Below, one piece after another: positions 29,464 through 45,114 of a stretch of 64,000 nucleotides of DNA (the stretch's first letter is position 1; every line of letters begins with the position of its first letter). The notes beneath the pieces are model-generated. The model had not been told where the DNA came from, ran no database searches, and was given only the letters and a program-made list of their open reading frames with translations. The position numbers and the translations under genes are program-made. Location: NCBI RefSeq assembly GCF_009914755.1, contig NC_060930.1; one strand, 5' to 3'. The DNA is from the human T2T-CHM13v2.0 reference genome, Homo sapiens.

Positions 29464-31015
29464 ACCTAGTGTATTTGGTACCAAGCACGTAAAGTCCAGA
29501 AAAGGGCAGCCCTCCACTTTGCTTCATGGACAGGACAGATCAATAAAGGATGAATGATGGCTGTGAGTACCTGGGGAGGAGCTGTGCATAGAGTATTAGG
29601 GAAGCCCAGAGGAGGGGGTCCAAAGGCAGACCTGTGAGCTGGGGCCTCCCTGCAACTTACTTGGCTTGTTCACTACCACTAGATCTCATTTCTTTGAACT
29701 AGTCCCCTGTGGGGAGGCAACTGAGCTGGAGTTTGGCATGGGCCCCAGTCCATCAGACATTAACTTTTTGCCTCATGTATTAAGAGAGCCACTGGCAAGT
29801 TCACATTTAATTACAGGCTCTGCTCTGGCCACAGGTTTGGGAGCTGGGATTTTGGAATCACAACCTCACTGCTTTCTGTTCTGGTCTGCCTTTCATTCCC
29901 ACACACAGGATGGCTCATCTAGCTTCCTGGAGATTGCTCTCCGGCCAGGTGCACCTCCTTGCTTCTTTTTACTGCAGTGCCCAGAGGAAGATGTAAAGTA
30001 TGACTGAGGGAAGGGAAGGAAGAAAACATTTTTATTTTCTTCTTTGTCTAGACACCTCCCCTACTCATCTCTGGGAGGCAGCACCAAGAGCTCTGGTTGT
30101 TAATGGAAAGGTCATCAGGTGGCCTTCTGTGGATCCACCTTGTCCCCACCCTGGCCACTGTGCCTGACCTGCTTCTCAGGGATTTAGAGAGGTAGCTAAT
30201 GTGGATGGTGTGGCTCCAGCAGTTAGGCAAGTGTGTGTATATCCAGGCTCCCTGCTTGGGGAAGGGTGGTAGAGAGATGTTTACAGATATCCAGCCAGGA
30301 AGTGCAAGGGAAGAGGAGGAGCTGTTTCCACTTACCCTCCTACCTCCTTTTGGCTTTCTCTTCTGGCATTGCCTACGGCCAAAAAGGGATGGGAATTTGG
30401 CAAAGTAAAAGTATCTCATTGTACTTCCCCACCCCTCCGTCTCACCTCCCTTCTAAGACTTTTTTCTACCCAGGTCACTTAATACTCAAAGACTGCAAAT
30501 TCCTTTCCTACTGCTGATGTGGAAGAAGCTTGGAAACATGTTCCTTTCCAGGAGATAAGTGATACGGCAGAAAGACGGGTCAGATGAGGCCAAGGGATTG
30601 GAGCCAGAGTCTTACCAAACTCGCAGGCAGCTTGTGACTGCGGGCATGCTGTGCTGATGGAGGAGGGGAGGCCTGGGGGCTCCATGCTGTCGGGATTCCT
30701 CCCTTGATAAACAGAGTCAAGGTGGGTAGGGGGACCTTGTGAGAGGTGTCCAGCCCTTTAGAAGATTCTATTAGCATGTGTTGGCTTGTTAAATGATCTA
30801 CCCATTGAGATTGGTGGCCTGGTCCAAGGCTTTGCTTCTGATACCACTTAATCTCTTTTAATATTTGAACTCTATACTATTAACATAGATTTCTTTGGGA
30901 ACTGTATGCATTTTCCACCACAGGGAATCAAATCCAGCATATAAAGATGGCAAGAATCTCAGTAATTACCTAAATTCATGAAGAAGCCAAAGTAAAAATA
31001 TTTCTTCTCTTGGGA

Positions 31016-31055
31016 ATAATAAAATAAAATAAAATAAAATAAAATAAAATAAAAT
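31016..31055 (+). repeat. (AAAAT)n
   Basis: Seen directly. Confidence 0.95.
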
Positions 31056-31312
31056 AGATGAGAGCTGAATAGCTCTTCTCCTTACCCCACACTCACAAAT
31101 CTCCTAAAACTCAAAATTAATGTTACAATACACATTAGCAGATAGCATTTTTATCGATAAGTGTTAAATTAAGGAGTTAACACTGAGAAATTGAAACTGA
31201 TTAAGAAAATGGAAAAGGCCACAGTATTTGAATGTCACATATGCATACTTATATTGTACCGTAGATACTGAAATAAGATCATTGTTACTGGTGCAGCCTG
31301 TGGTCAAATGCA

Positions 31313-31546
31313 TTTTTTTTCTTTTTTTTTTTTTTTAAGACAGGGTCTCTTTCTGTCGCCCACGTTGGAATGCTGAAGTACAGCAGTGCAATCATGGCTC
31401 ACTGCAGCCTTGATCTCCCAGCTGCTCAAGTGATCCTCCCACTTCAGTTTCTTGAGTAGCTGGGACTACAGGCATGCAATACTGTGCCTGGCTAATTTTT
31501 TAAATCTATTTTTTTTGTAGAGACAGGTTCTCAGCTCAGGCTGGCC
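31313..31546 (-). mobile_element. AluJ, partial
   Basis: T-tail, right arm and part of left arm. Confidence 0.88.
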
Positions 31547-31699
31547 ATATGCATTTTGACACCCCAAAATATTTTGAATTATTCTTAGTTTCAGTAGATG
31601 AGATGAGTGATCATTTGAGTTCCTTCAACAGGTCATTAGACCAGACCAGAAGCGAGCTGTGATGATAACACAGGCTGTGGGCAGGCAGGCACCATGAGG

Positions 31700-31925
31700 C
31701 ACAGTGAGAGCACCAAGACTGTGGGCTTTGGGTTTGAATCCTGGCTCCACTACTAATCAGCCCTGTGCAAGTGACTCAGCCTCTCTTAACCTCATTTATT
31801 TTCTGTAAAAATGGGAATTGTAGATTTATATTTATGGAGATTATTAAGATAATCTGTGTAAAATACTTAGTCCACAGTACCTGACAAATATTAAATTCTG
31901 AGGAAATATTAATTGCTATTATTAC
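31700..31925 (+). mobile_element. MIR
   Basis: GGGTTTGAATCCTGGCTCCACTACT..CTGTAAAAATGGG. Confidence 0.8.
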
Positions 31926-32080
31926 TACTTCAGCTCTGAAAATGCTGTTTTCTTGACAGTAAATGGCTGTTTTGTTTATTTCTGCCAGTAGCAAAGTAAT
32001 ATATTGATTGTTTAATGCCTTCTTGGCCTCTTTGAAAATGTTTAAAATTATGTTTACCTTTTCTTTATATCATTGCAGGT

Positions 32081-32082
<2 letters not shown>

Positions 32083-32114
<32 letters not shown>

Positions 32115-32135
32115 TGTGTGTGTGTGTGAGAGTGA
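32083..32135 (+). repeat. (TG)n microsatellite
   Basis: Seen directly. Confidence 0.97.
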
Positions 32136-34147
32136 GTGCGTTTTGGGAGGCCAGTAATTACCCTGTGCAGATGGAGCTGCCCAAACAGTCTTTCCCATGG
32201 CAACTGAAAAAATAAAAAATAAAAGCAAAAACTTTGAGGTTACATAATTGCCTTCAATAGACTAGGAGGAGTGTAGAGATCATGACTTTTTTTGTGGGTT
32301 TTGGTGTTCTTTTGGTGTAAGGTGTTGGGTGAAGGTACAGAGGTCCTACTGAGTAACTGAACAGGATGCTGTTGCTTGCTTTGAAGTGAATAAATTGGTC
32401 AAAAGTACAAGTGGGAGGGGAAGTTGAGGTTTAATGAAGGAGGGCCATTATTAATGTTTCCATGGTTTTAGCAGTTTAAAAGTTGGGAGTTTAAATAATG
32501 TTGTTAGTTGTGGGGAAAACAGCCCACAGACATTCAGACATAGTTGAAGTTTAGTCTTTCAGTCTTCATTTTAATCTGAAGGTAGGGAGCCGAGCCTTCT
32601 GAATCACACAGCAAAGGGATTGCTTCGTAATTTTAACAGTCTGAATTATTGCATGCTCATAATGGCATAAGATTTGCATAGCTCCACCACTCTCATCAAA
32701 TCCCAATTATCTGAAGATTGTTTCTCTTGGGAGGCAAAAGAATATTATAATTTTTGGGTTTCTTTTAATCTTCCAAAATGATTTATATTCATCCCCTTAA
32801 AACCTGGGTGTAACCAAAGGCACTAGGGCCCAAAGAACAGGTGTTGTCTTTCCAGAACATCCATAAAAGGATCCCTGTATACATTCTCTTTGCACCTCTT
32901 GTGTAGGGGTTAACATGGAAGGCTTCATTATTTGACTGGAAAGTAGGTTTGACTTTCCCACTGGAGATTTGATACTCTTAGCTCCAGAACCAAGAAAGAG
33001 AAGACTATTAGACTTTCCTTGCCCACCACCCCCTCCCCAACCCTGCCAAATGTATGCTAAGCCTATATTTGTTTTATTTCCAACCAATTTGTTGGAAATA
33101 AATTGGTTATTTATTTCCTTATTGGTTTTTCTCTCCAGAGACCCAAAAGATCATATAATGCCAACTCTATGTTATTGATAATAATCTGGGCATAGGAAGA
33201 ACACGGAGAGTTGAAATCCACAAATCCTCCTAAAACCCAACATTCAAAAACCTCTTCTGCTCAGCTCTTTACATGTGAGCAAAGGAAAGGAGAATGAGAG
33301 ATAAGATATTAAATGAGTACACGTGGCTCAGGGCACTTGGTGTCAGAAACTCTGCGTTACAATCCAGCCTCTTCCAGTTACCTGGTGAGCACTGGGAAAT
33401 TTTTGTAACTCCCTGAGTTCTCCCTTTATCATTTGTCACATGATGAAAGAACACTTTAGTCTTGTTGGTTGTTGTATTAGATGAGATACGATATATGTGA
33501 CGATTTGTAAATTTTGGGGCACTCTCCATGTGGTGCTCACTACTTTGTGTCATCTGATAGAGAGGAGGAGGAAGAAGCATATATAACTAGCAGCCTGAGT
33601 AAATATTGGTTATCGTTTACTTCCAAATTGCCAAGAATGGGCCGTAAACCAACAATCTGCCTTGTTTAACCTCCATCAGCTACAATTGCCTCAAGGCCCC
33701 CAAATTGCAATTGGTAAGACAAAAACAATAAATGCAAAATCCATATTTGTTTTCTTCTTCCTTAACTTTTTTCATTCATGGTGGTCAATTGAGGTTATTA
33801 ACCTAACTGACCTGCAAGGATAAACAAATGAGTTTTTTTTTTTAATCCTTTCTGGGAATCCTAAATAACTAGTTTCAATTGTTGTAAGTTGTGGGAGCTG
33901 GGAATTTGTTTTCTCCCCAGTACTGGACTCTTTTACAGTGGCACACTGGGAAACCAAATTTGAAACTCAAAGGAGAAATGGAACGGTGACAGTTTCCTTT
34001 AACCTGAGCTCAGGGCTTTGGCAATAGCTCTGCTCCAGGTTTCTGTTCTATCTAGTTCTGCCTGGAACTTAGATAAAGGAAAGCTTTCTGTATCTTCCAT
34101 CATCCTTGCCTTGTTCTAATGTAGCAGGAGTAAGTCTTTCCTAATAG

Positions 34148-34461
<314 letters not shown>

Positions 34462-35176
34462 GCTCTTTTTTTTTTTTTTTTTTTGCCTTCACTTTATTAA
34501 AGAATGAGAGTTTTCTTTTACATTTTTTCTCATTGCTCTCTCAGCTGTTTTTTGTTGAAACTAGTATGGAATGACTATTCCTTTCCTTAGTGTGTGCGCC
34601 CATGGTGCATTACACATGGCACTTCTCCCTGTAGGGGCCCCACTCTATCACAACAACCAGTGTCCTCATCTCTCCTAGGCCTTGCTCCTGGCCCAGCCCT
34701 GAGCACATACTCTGCAATATTCGAACCCTTGATCAATTCTGAAAGCAATTTATTAACTTCCAGCCGTGAGAAAGAAGTGAATTAGTGGTCAGGGTAAAAA
34801 TTGTAGGCATAGTTTAAAAATTCATTCCAGTGACATAATGAAAAATTTCATCAGGAGTCAAGATTGGAGATCTCTTTTTGGCTTTGCAACTGAGTAAATG
34901 TGGTAAAGTTACTTGATGTCTATGTACTTCAGATTCTTATTTATAAAATTGGACTGAATTAACATGACTGAATTAACACAACAGCATCGTGATTCTGCGT
35001 CTTTCAGTCCCATACAACTGTCCATAGTTTAGTTGTCTGATTAGGGATTATAATATTTGCGTCTTTTGTAACCTAAAGAATATCTTATGTTATTCAAGAC
35101 TGCTCATTTTCATTGACGTGCTCAATACCCAAAGCACATAGTTTTTCAAGACTGACTATTCTCCCCTCTCCTGTGA

Positions 35177-35618
<442 letters not shown>

Positions 35619-37099
35619 TGAGTTCAAGAATAGATGTTGCTTTTGGACTCACTTCTTTTGGAAGCTTTAAAAATGGGATCATGAGATCAGAATGTATGTA
35701 GGTATTCTCTGAAGACAGAATTGTATTTGTCCTTCTAATACCCATCTCTCAAACTTAGCAAGTGTTTAGTTGCTTCTCTTTAACATAAGCCTCTGTTGGT
35801 AGTTTGTGTATTCTTTTCAGAAGAAATGTAGGAAAAAATATCTAGGGGCTTATGAAAGCCAACAAAACTATAGTTAGAAGGTAGATGTGTTCCCTTAGAA
35901 AGATTTATATGGAAACTTGTTTTCTAGAAAGATGAACAAACAATGAGCCAGACTGTCCTTGTTCTTGTTTTAAAATAAACATATTTGTAGACCTGTAACT
36001 GGCTCCTGATGAGCAATACATGAAGCCATTTAAGGCATGAAGCTTTGCATTGGTATGGAACCAACTGAATAAAACTTGTTTATAACCTTGTATACCTTTC
36101 CAACATAAACACCATTTCTGGAGTTAATCATTTTTATACTGCTTTATACCTAACATCATGTGACAGCTTTTTCTTTTACATTTTTTCTGACCTGGATTGC
36201 TAGCTAGGCATTTGTATTTTTTGATGGTGATGTTCTAGGTTATCCTTTTACATGCCAAATTGGCATAAGCCAGAATATTATATTTTATACTTGTCAAAGG
36301 ACGGCACATATTATTACTATGTCATAACTAGGGCTCACTGTTTTTTTTTTTTTTTTTAAAAACTGCTTCAACTTTCCACCTATGTAGAAACAAGTATACT
36401 TTTTAAGTGAATGCTTGGATTGAGGAACCAGGAAGTGTTTTTTACTCATCAGTATTGCCTCCCACCTGAAATAGTTCATTTCCTTAGAGGATATTGTGGA
36501 GTTTAGTTATCCATGAATCTGTTTTTATGGATTGTATTGAAGAAGATGAGGAGTACCATGCATTTTTTTCTGAGAGTAAAATTGTAACTATCAGTATGAT
36601 TATAGTTTACTTTTTTGGTGCATTTAGTGGGTTTCATTAAAACTGATCTTGGATTTTCACAGTATGGGAGAGTGGGTTTTTTTTTGTGGGAGATGATGTC
36701 TGCATACAGGAGATTGTATTATAAATATGATGTATCCTGGAAATTTTGGAAAGTTGGAAAGAGTGACTTGACAACTCTTACATTGAACAATGTATCTGAA
36801 TCTATTAATCAAACAGATCACTATCTGACCAGAAACCCCTGTAAGAGGGAAAAAGTCTTCAGTTCTTTTCCTAAATTTTATCCGTCTATACAGATAATAT
36901 TTCTGTTCCCGTTTGACATGTTATTTTCCTCATAAACAGTTTTAATGGTTCCGTGCGTCTACAGGCTAAAAAGCAGAGGCCCGGTGATCTCATCTCTACT
37001 AGTTGACTCCAATCTGTCTTTTCAATAATGGCCTCCACACCCAGTCCTTTGTCAGATGTGTACTCTGAGAGGAGGCATTCTATGAAGGGGAGGGGAGAC

Positions 37100-37225
37100 A
37101 CTAGATTTAGAAAACTCTGGGTTCAAATTCCGGTGCTTCATTTATTAGCAATGTGAATTTTGTCAAATCACATCATGCCTCTGAAACCTAGGCTCTTAAA
37201 GGGTAAAATGTGTATAAATATATTG
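37100..37225 (+). mobile_element. MIR
   Basis: CTGGGTTCAAATTCCGG..GCCTCTGAAACCT..GTAAAATG. Confidence 0.65.
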
Positions 37226-37245
37226 ACTTTTGTTTTCATCTGTGA

Positions 37246-37730
<485 letters not shown>

Positions 37731-38508
37731 CATAAGGATACTTTTAAATATTTGGGATACAAATAAGCTATTTTAAATTTAACAAATAAAAAGGGCTACA
37801 CACAAATTTTTGAGATTGGTGTCCATTCTTTAATTTTAATAAGTTGTTCAGGTATGAAGAGGAGAGAGAACATAAAATTGGATTTTTATTGGATTACTTT
37901 TATGCTCAATATAATGTTTTTTGGTCTTATCTAATCCTGTAGAAATATCTAGGAGGATGTATAATCCAGTGTTCATAGACATTGCTCACCATCTGTTTCC
38001 AAAGTGAAAAATCAGCATTCATATCGTACCTTTATTTCCCTTTGTGTGCTAAGTCCAAACTCAGGCAAAGAGGTCACTATTTGTTCTCTTTACAGCAAAC
38101 TTGATCCTAACATTGCATATTCCATAATCTGTCATCTTTGTATAGTTTTGTGGTAATGATCTACTCTTACTCGGCCTCTTCACATACTTATTATGATAGA
38201 TTTTCTTGATTTACCAAATAGAGAACTTATCCATTAGAAATGTTTGATTGGCTTTTTCAGAAACAAGAAGTTGTTTCGCTTTTTTAGTATTTTTTTTTTC
38301 CCCTTAGACCCAATCTAATCTAGGTGGGAGAGAAAGTAAAGAGAGTCTCTTGGAAAACTGAAGAGAGTCACAGCAAGCCCACAGAGTTACACAGGAATCA
38401 GGAGGAATAAAAATGTAAAGGTAACATGGATGAACCATCTATTAGGTGCTTTCGTACATACTGTCTCATTTTAGGTTTACCAATAGCATTAGGTATAGTG
38501 AAGATGAT

Positions 38509-38880
38509 TGACATGGTTTGGCTGTGTCCTCACCCAAATCTTATCTTGAATTGTAGCTCCCATAATTCCCTTGTGTGGTGGGAAGGACCCACTGGGAAAT
38601 AATTGAATCATGGAGGTGATTTCCCACATATTGTTCTCATGGTAGTGAATAAGTCTCACGAGATCTGATGGTTTTATAAGGGGTTTCCCCTTTCCCTTGG
38701 CTCTCATTCTCTCTTTGCCTACTGCCATGTAAGACATCCTTTGCTCTTCCTTCATCTTCTGCCATGATTGTGAGGCCTCCCCAGCCATGTGGAACTGTGA
38801 ATCCATTAAACTTCTTTCTGTTATAAATTACCCAGTCTTGGGTATGTCTTTATTAGCAGTGTGAGAATGGACTAATTACA
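38509..38880 (+). mobile_element. THE1 (B/C-like) ERVL-MaLR solo LTR
   Basis: TGACATGGTTTGGCTGTGTCC...GGACTAATTACA; perfect 5-bp TSD ATGAT. Confidence 0.95.
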
Positions 38881-39309
38881 ATGATTGTGATAATGACTAT
38901 TGCCATTGGACAGATAAGGAAGCTGGCTCAGAGTGGCAAGTCACCTGGGCCCAAACATCTTGCTAATAAGCAGCATAGCACATTCCTTGATTACTCTGTT
39001 ATATGTGGCTCTAAAAGGTTTTTTTTTGTGTGTGCATTCATATGGATGTCAGCAAAACCAATTTAAGTGTAGTTAACGGAATTATTATTTCTCATGCCTT
39101 CTATGATTTCTTGTCTGATTGGAACATAATACTCCAGGATCAGGTTTGTTATACTTCCTTCTACGACATGTGCCCCAAATGGCAGTGAGTTTATGGCAGA
39201 GATTGGCTCAGGAGAAGTATTTTCTCATCTTCTGGAATGTCCTACTAATGAAATAACTTAAAAGACAAGGACATATGAAGGTGATTCTGTAATATTAACT
39301 CTAACCATT

Positions 39310-39525
39310 ATTAAATTCTTAATGCATGCCACATATGCTTCTATTTGCTTACCTGCATTGATTTTTCACTCTTCATAATACCGTTGTGAGGAAGGCACCT
39401 TTTTGTTTTTTTTTTTTTCATTTAAAGATGAAGAGGTTAAGGCACAAGAAGATTCATAACTTGCCAAGGTCCCAAAGCTGGTGTGGGTTCCAGTCCAGGT
39501 CCTCTGACTCCACAGCCACTCTCCA
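39310..39525 (-). mobile_element. MIR
   Basis: CATTTAAAGATGAAG..TAACTTGCCAAGGTC..TCTGACTCCA. Confidence 0.7.
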
Positions 39526-40182
39526 GTGCTGCTTTGGAGCCTGACACATTAGTAACTGGTGGCTCCCTAAGAGCCTTGACTTTGGCTTTAGTTGACTTAG
39601 AAAATATTTTTATGTGTGTGTATTTACTTCCAAGCCTCTCATATTTTCTCATTAATTATAAGTAGTCCACAATTTTCAAGACTGTAGTTGTAAAATATAA
39701 CTCAAGGCATAGCGAGAAAGTAGATTTTAGTCATTTGGAATGGTTAGGACCAGCTCTCTGTGTACCTTTCCAGGAATTTAATGTTTCAGCTGAGCATAGT
39801 GACCCTAAATGTTTGGAGAAAGTGAGAGATTTTGTGTCTATATACATAGGTGTCCCTGTGTCATCTTTTTCTTTAGCTTGAAGCACTCAGGATGGAAAAA
39901 CAAATCTTGGGAAAGATGAAAGAGTAGAACTAAAGGAAATACCACATAAGTTACAAAGGACTAGAGTTTTATGGCTGTAATTTATAATGTCCACTATCCT
40001 TGTGAAAATTACATGGGATAGTTTATCTTTTTCTATTTGGGAAGATATATTTTTTATATTTAAAAATATCTTGTCTTTAGAGTTCTTTTAAGTGTAATGA
40101 TTGGAGGGCTGAGATATACAAACTAGATTATTTTCATTCTGGTCTTTTTCTTCTAGTATTTGGGGTAATTTAAATGCTTCTT

Positions 40183-40550
40183 CGTTCACTCACATGCTTA
40201 TTCAACAGATATTTATTGAATGCCTACTATATACCAGACCCTCTGCTAGACCCTGAGGATAAAAGGTAGATAGGATGCTGAATCTGTCCTCCAAGCATTT
40301 GGATTCTGGTGGTAGAAACTGTTGTGTACCCAGTTAGCCACGGCAGTTTGAGAAGTGCTACACTAGCAGAATGAGAAGTTCTGTAAGGCCACAGAGGAGG
40401 GAGGGAGTAATTCCTCCTGTGGTTATGAACAGAAATTTGAGCTAAGTCTTTTAAAGGATGAATAATAAGGTTGGGTAGGCCAAGTGGGCAGGGAGGGCCC
40501 AAGAGACAAGGTGCTCAAATGCCTAGAATATGAAAAGGACAGAGTAACTA
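40183..40550 (-). mobile_element. L2
   Basis: TTCAACAGATATTTATTGAATGCCTACTAT 3' end. Confidence 0.75.
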
Positions 40551-40683
40551 TCATTATCTCACAGCTAGGAACACTGATCCCTGTAACTAGCTTGGCTTAC
40601 CTGAGAAGGAAATGCCACCAACTCTGAGGGTTTCCCCCCGCCAGTCTTCATTTATTATTGTGTAAAATTAGAGGATGACAGCA

Positions 40684-40722
40684 GTGGTGGTGGTGGTGGT
40701 GGCGGCTGCTGCTGCTGCTGCT
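40684..40722 (+). repeat. (GTG)6 GCG (GCT)6 compound trinucleotide repeat
   Basis: Seen directly. Confidence 0.95.
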
Positions 40723-40822
40723 TTGTCTTCTTCCTTTTCCTGATTAGCTTGATAGATTTGGGTTAGATATAGGCATTTTCCACATCAGGCTGTAGTTCTT
40801 TATTTTTTCAACTTTTATTTGA

Positions 40823-41142
<320 letters not shown>

Positions 41143-41285
41143 TCAAAAACTTTTATTTGAAATATGGGGGTACATGTGCAGATTTGTTGCATGGGAATAT
41201 TGTGTGATGCTGAGGTTTGAAGTACAGATCCCATCACCCAGGTAGTGAGCATAGTAGCCAATAGGTAGTCTAACTTGTCCCATCC
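41143..41285 (-). mobile_element. L1PA 3'-terminal fragment
   Basis: GGGGGTACATGTGCAGATTTGTT..GATCCCATCACCCAGGTAGTGAGCATAG. Confidence 0.85.
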
Positions 41286-42067
41286 GTATCCAGGCTTTAA
41301 CCATACTGAGAGAGTGGGAAAAAAACTGAGCTGCCTACTATGACCCAGTGGAATGGAAAGTTTTCTACCATTTTGGTTCTATGTCATTTTCATATTACTT
41401 TTTTAAGGAAATTCAATTTTTCTGCCATTCTACTAGACTGTATCTCTTTGATCACTACCTATGTGTCCAAATCACTGCTTCTCCCAACTTTTTTTGTGGG
41501 CCATCATCCATGAGCATGGTACATCCATGTGGTGACTTCCTCTGTTTGTTTAAATTTGCTCATTTAGAGTTTTATATTAGGACAGTAAAACACTCATGTC
41601 TAAATAATTTATAAGTCCTGGGAAACTCGTAAAAATGGCCTGACATGATGTTTTGTGCCTATAAGAAATCTTGCAGATGGCTAAGAGAAGAATGAAGATG
41701 TTTTGACTTACTGTCTCTTCAATTACATTATAAAAAATTCAGCGGACTTGTCCATGATCATTAGGAAAATGAATGATTTTCCTATTATAAATTACAAGTG
41801 CCACAAACTACATAAGGACTGTAATTGACAGGTATCAACTGGTAGCGTTTATTTACATTCTCCAAGGCAACCCACAGAAATGTAGTGCTCACCATATTTA
41901 TTCAGAAAAATATGTTTTTAAGTAAATAAAACTTCCTTGACACTTGTTACTATAGTTAGGCAACTTAATTCCAATTGTTAACTTTCTTTAGTAAATGATA
42001 GATGAAACATGATTTTGTAAGATAAAAGAACATGGTGCCAAAACATTATATGAGCATGATGCCAAAA

Positions 42068-42069
<2 letters not shown>

Positions 42070-42108
<39 letters not shown>
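42070..42108 (+). repeat. (CA)n microsatellite
   Basis: Seen directly. Confidence 0.97.
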
Positions 42109-42109
<1 letters not shown>

Positions 42110-43375
42110 CTGAATACATTGTTCATAGTGTTTTCTAATTCAGGGAAACTGGAAGATGATTTGAAAGTATTATGTTCAACTTTGTATTTATTCCAGGAAA
42201 ATTTACATAAGGAGAAAATACATTAATCTTGGCATGTAATAAGAACCTACATTTTGTTATATAATTCATTTTGTGATTTACATTTCTATAATTTATTCAA
42301 TAAGCCTAATAAATGTTAGGTAATGAATGAATTTAGTTTCATGAGTAAAAAATAGTACATGAATGATCTGTCATTGTACAAAACTGCTGAATTATGAATA
42401 TGGTTTTTGTGAGTATTTTCTTCCCTTCCTCCTTGTCCCATCCCTATGTCCTTTCTTCTTAACCCTAACCTCCTACAACCAGAGGATAGCACGTTGAGGG
42501 AAGAAATCGTCAGAAGTTTTAATATAATTATATTCAGGATGAGAGTTCTGTTCAACACAACATCATTGGTTAATTTAGTAATTTCTAGAATGCTGCCCAG
42601 ACTTGAAAATACTTTCAGTACTCATTGCTGAATATTGCTGTTCTCTGCATGTTTTTCTTCTGGGATTGAACTGGACAGGATTTTGGCTTTTTAACACATT
42701 CCAGTGGGTATAAGTATATTGGCTAGCAAAGATTCCCTTAATTGACCTGGTTTTAATAAAAAATCATCCAGTCCTCCTGCCACTAATTTTTCTCTTCTTT
42801 GAAACCACAGATTAATAACCTGGTGTTATCTCTATCACCGAGGTGAGAAATTCTGCCAAAAGTGGTTTACAAAAACAGCTTTGGGGTTGGATCTGGAGAG
42901 TGGCTATGATTTTACCAAAACTAGATCCCTGTTTTTCTTTTAAATTACATATGGACAGTTTCATCAATTAAGTTACCAAATTCATATTTTATATTCTGTT
43001 CACATATCAGGAAGCATTTAGCCCAAACAAAGTCTGTTCACATAAAAATTTCTTTTTGGATATTTTCTTCTACTCTGAGGACACATGCCTGCCTTTCCCC
43101 AGTATGTTCTCTCCTGCTCCCAGTACCTTGAGTATAGTGAGCATTCCATAAAGAGTCAGTGAATGAATCCCTTTTTCATTGTGTCTCCATTATGTAGAGT
43201 GGAAATCTGTGCTGGAACAATAGCTGGTAGATGATCTGCACCAGGGAGGCCTGGGCTAGACTTCAAAAGCTGTTTCCCCATCCCGGCAAGGCAAAACATG
43301 TTCTTTATAGGCTGGGAGGTCACAGCTCTATCCCCGTTCAAGACTGCACCTCCTTTTTTCTCTCTTCCTTCCCAG

Positions 43376-43520
43376 GAGCTGTGGAGTCCAAGTGTGACTG
43401 CCAAGAGGAATCCAGCAAAGCCAAAAAGCCCAAGCATGTAGCCCTGCCCGAAGCACGCCACACGCATGGAAAACCCAGAGGAAATGAGTGAGGATCAATG
43501 GGAAGAAGAGAGCCAGCCAG
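43376..43520 (+). other. Internal exon B (145 nt), 5'UTR or first coding exon of the host gene
   Basis: Strong acceptor CCTCCTTTTTTCTCTCTTCCTTCCCAG|G, donor CAG|GTGAGC; purine-rich GAAGAAGA enhancer-like body; non-repetitive. Confidence 0.78.
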
Positions 43521-43874
43521 GTGAGCAAGCTCATCAGTCTGGAGGCTAGCGCCACTGGAAAGAGTCCCGGGCGGTTCTGTTTATTTGGCAAGTTCGGGCC
43601 ATGACCTGAGCTTACACTAAATTACCTCAGAGCAAATTATTTTTTACCAAGCCACGTAAATGTTAGGTCGTCTCCCTAGAGCTTTTGGGCTGAAGACAGA
43701 TGACTACATCAAAGGCTGCTCTTGAGTTTCCAGGTGTGGCTGGGGGAATTGTCTGTCTTCTTTCAGGAAAGGGTTAATTTCTAACTCTTCCCCTTTCCCT
43801 TCCTCAGGTGAATTATTTTGTTTCATGCCAATTTAAGTGTTACCTAGAGACCTTTTACGTAGAGCCAATTAATT

Positions 43875-44172
<298 letters not shown>

Positions 44173-44586
44173 AAATAGAGCCAATTTAATTGAACATAGA
44201 GTCCTCTGGTTTTGGTATGAGTGGGTGTGCCTCTGTGCCTGTCTTCATAAGAGGAGGCCAAGGCTGTGTTTCTTCTTTATAAATACAAATTTCACATTAC
44301 GGTCTTGTGTGGATATATTCTGAAGCATCCTCCTAGGTAAATTGAATTGGACTATGGTGAATTTTTTTTTTTTTTTTTTTGGCAGGGGGAAGGATTTTAA
44401 TAATTAAATCACTGGTTGAAGGCTTGTGCAAAGTTTGGTGCTATATTAGGATTTACCAGGGTTCCACTGTGATTCTAAGTTCATTTTAAATTTCTGCCCC
44501 CTGCCTTCCTTTCCATTTATGTTAAGTGTTATTACCATGTGGAGAGAAGGTATTTTAATAACAGAATTTTACTTAAAAATGCTTCC

Positions 44587-44840
44587 AGCCAGGCATGGTG
44601 GCTCATGCCTGTAATCCCAGCACTGAGGCAGGAGGATGGCTTGAGCCCAGGAGTTTGAGACCAGGCTGACCACCATGGTAAAACCCTGTCTCTACAAAAA
44701 ATACAGAAATTAGCCAGGCATGGTGGCATGTACCTGTAGTCTCAGCTACTCAGGAGGCTGAGGTGAGAGAATTGCTTGAGCCCAGGGAGGTTGAGGCTGC
44801 AGTGAGCTGTGCTCAAAACAAAACAAAACAAAACAAAACA
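44587..44840 (+). mobile_element. AluJ with internal deletions and (CAAAA)n tail
   Basis: GGAGGATGGCTTGAGCCCAGG. Confidence 0.9.
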
Positions 44841-44914
44841 GCTCCCGTTCTACCACTCCTAAAATCCATATCATATATCAAAAAAGGAAGTTTGATACCT
44901 GAAATGACTCTTGG

Positions 44915-45114
44915 CAGGGCTTCTCAACCTCTGTTCCCTGGTATTTGGGGCTGTATCATTCAGTGTTGTGGGGAGCTGTCCAGTGCATTGCAGAATATAT
45001 AGTAGCACCCCTGGCCTCTACCCAGTAGATTCCAGTAGCATGATTCCTCTCCCCAGCTGTGGCAACCAGAAATGTTCTGTGGGGGACCAATTTGCCCCCA
45101 GTTGAAAACCATTG
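44915..45114. mobile_element. MER20 hAT-Charlie relic
   Basis: CAGGGCTTCTCAACC...CCCTGGCCTCTACCCA...AGTTGAAAACCATTG. Confidence 0.88.
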
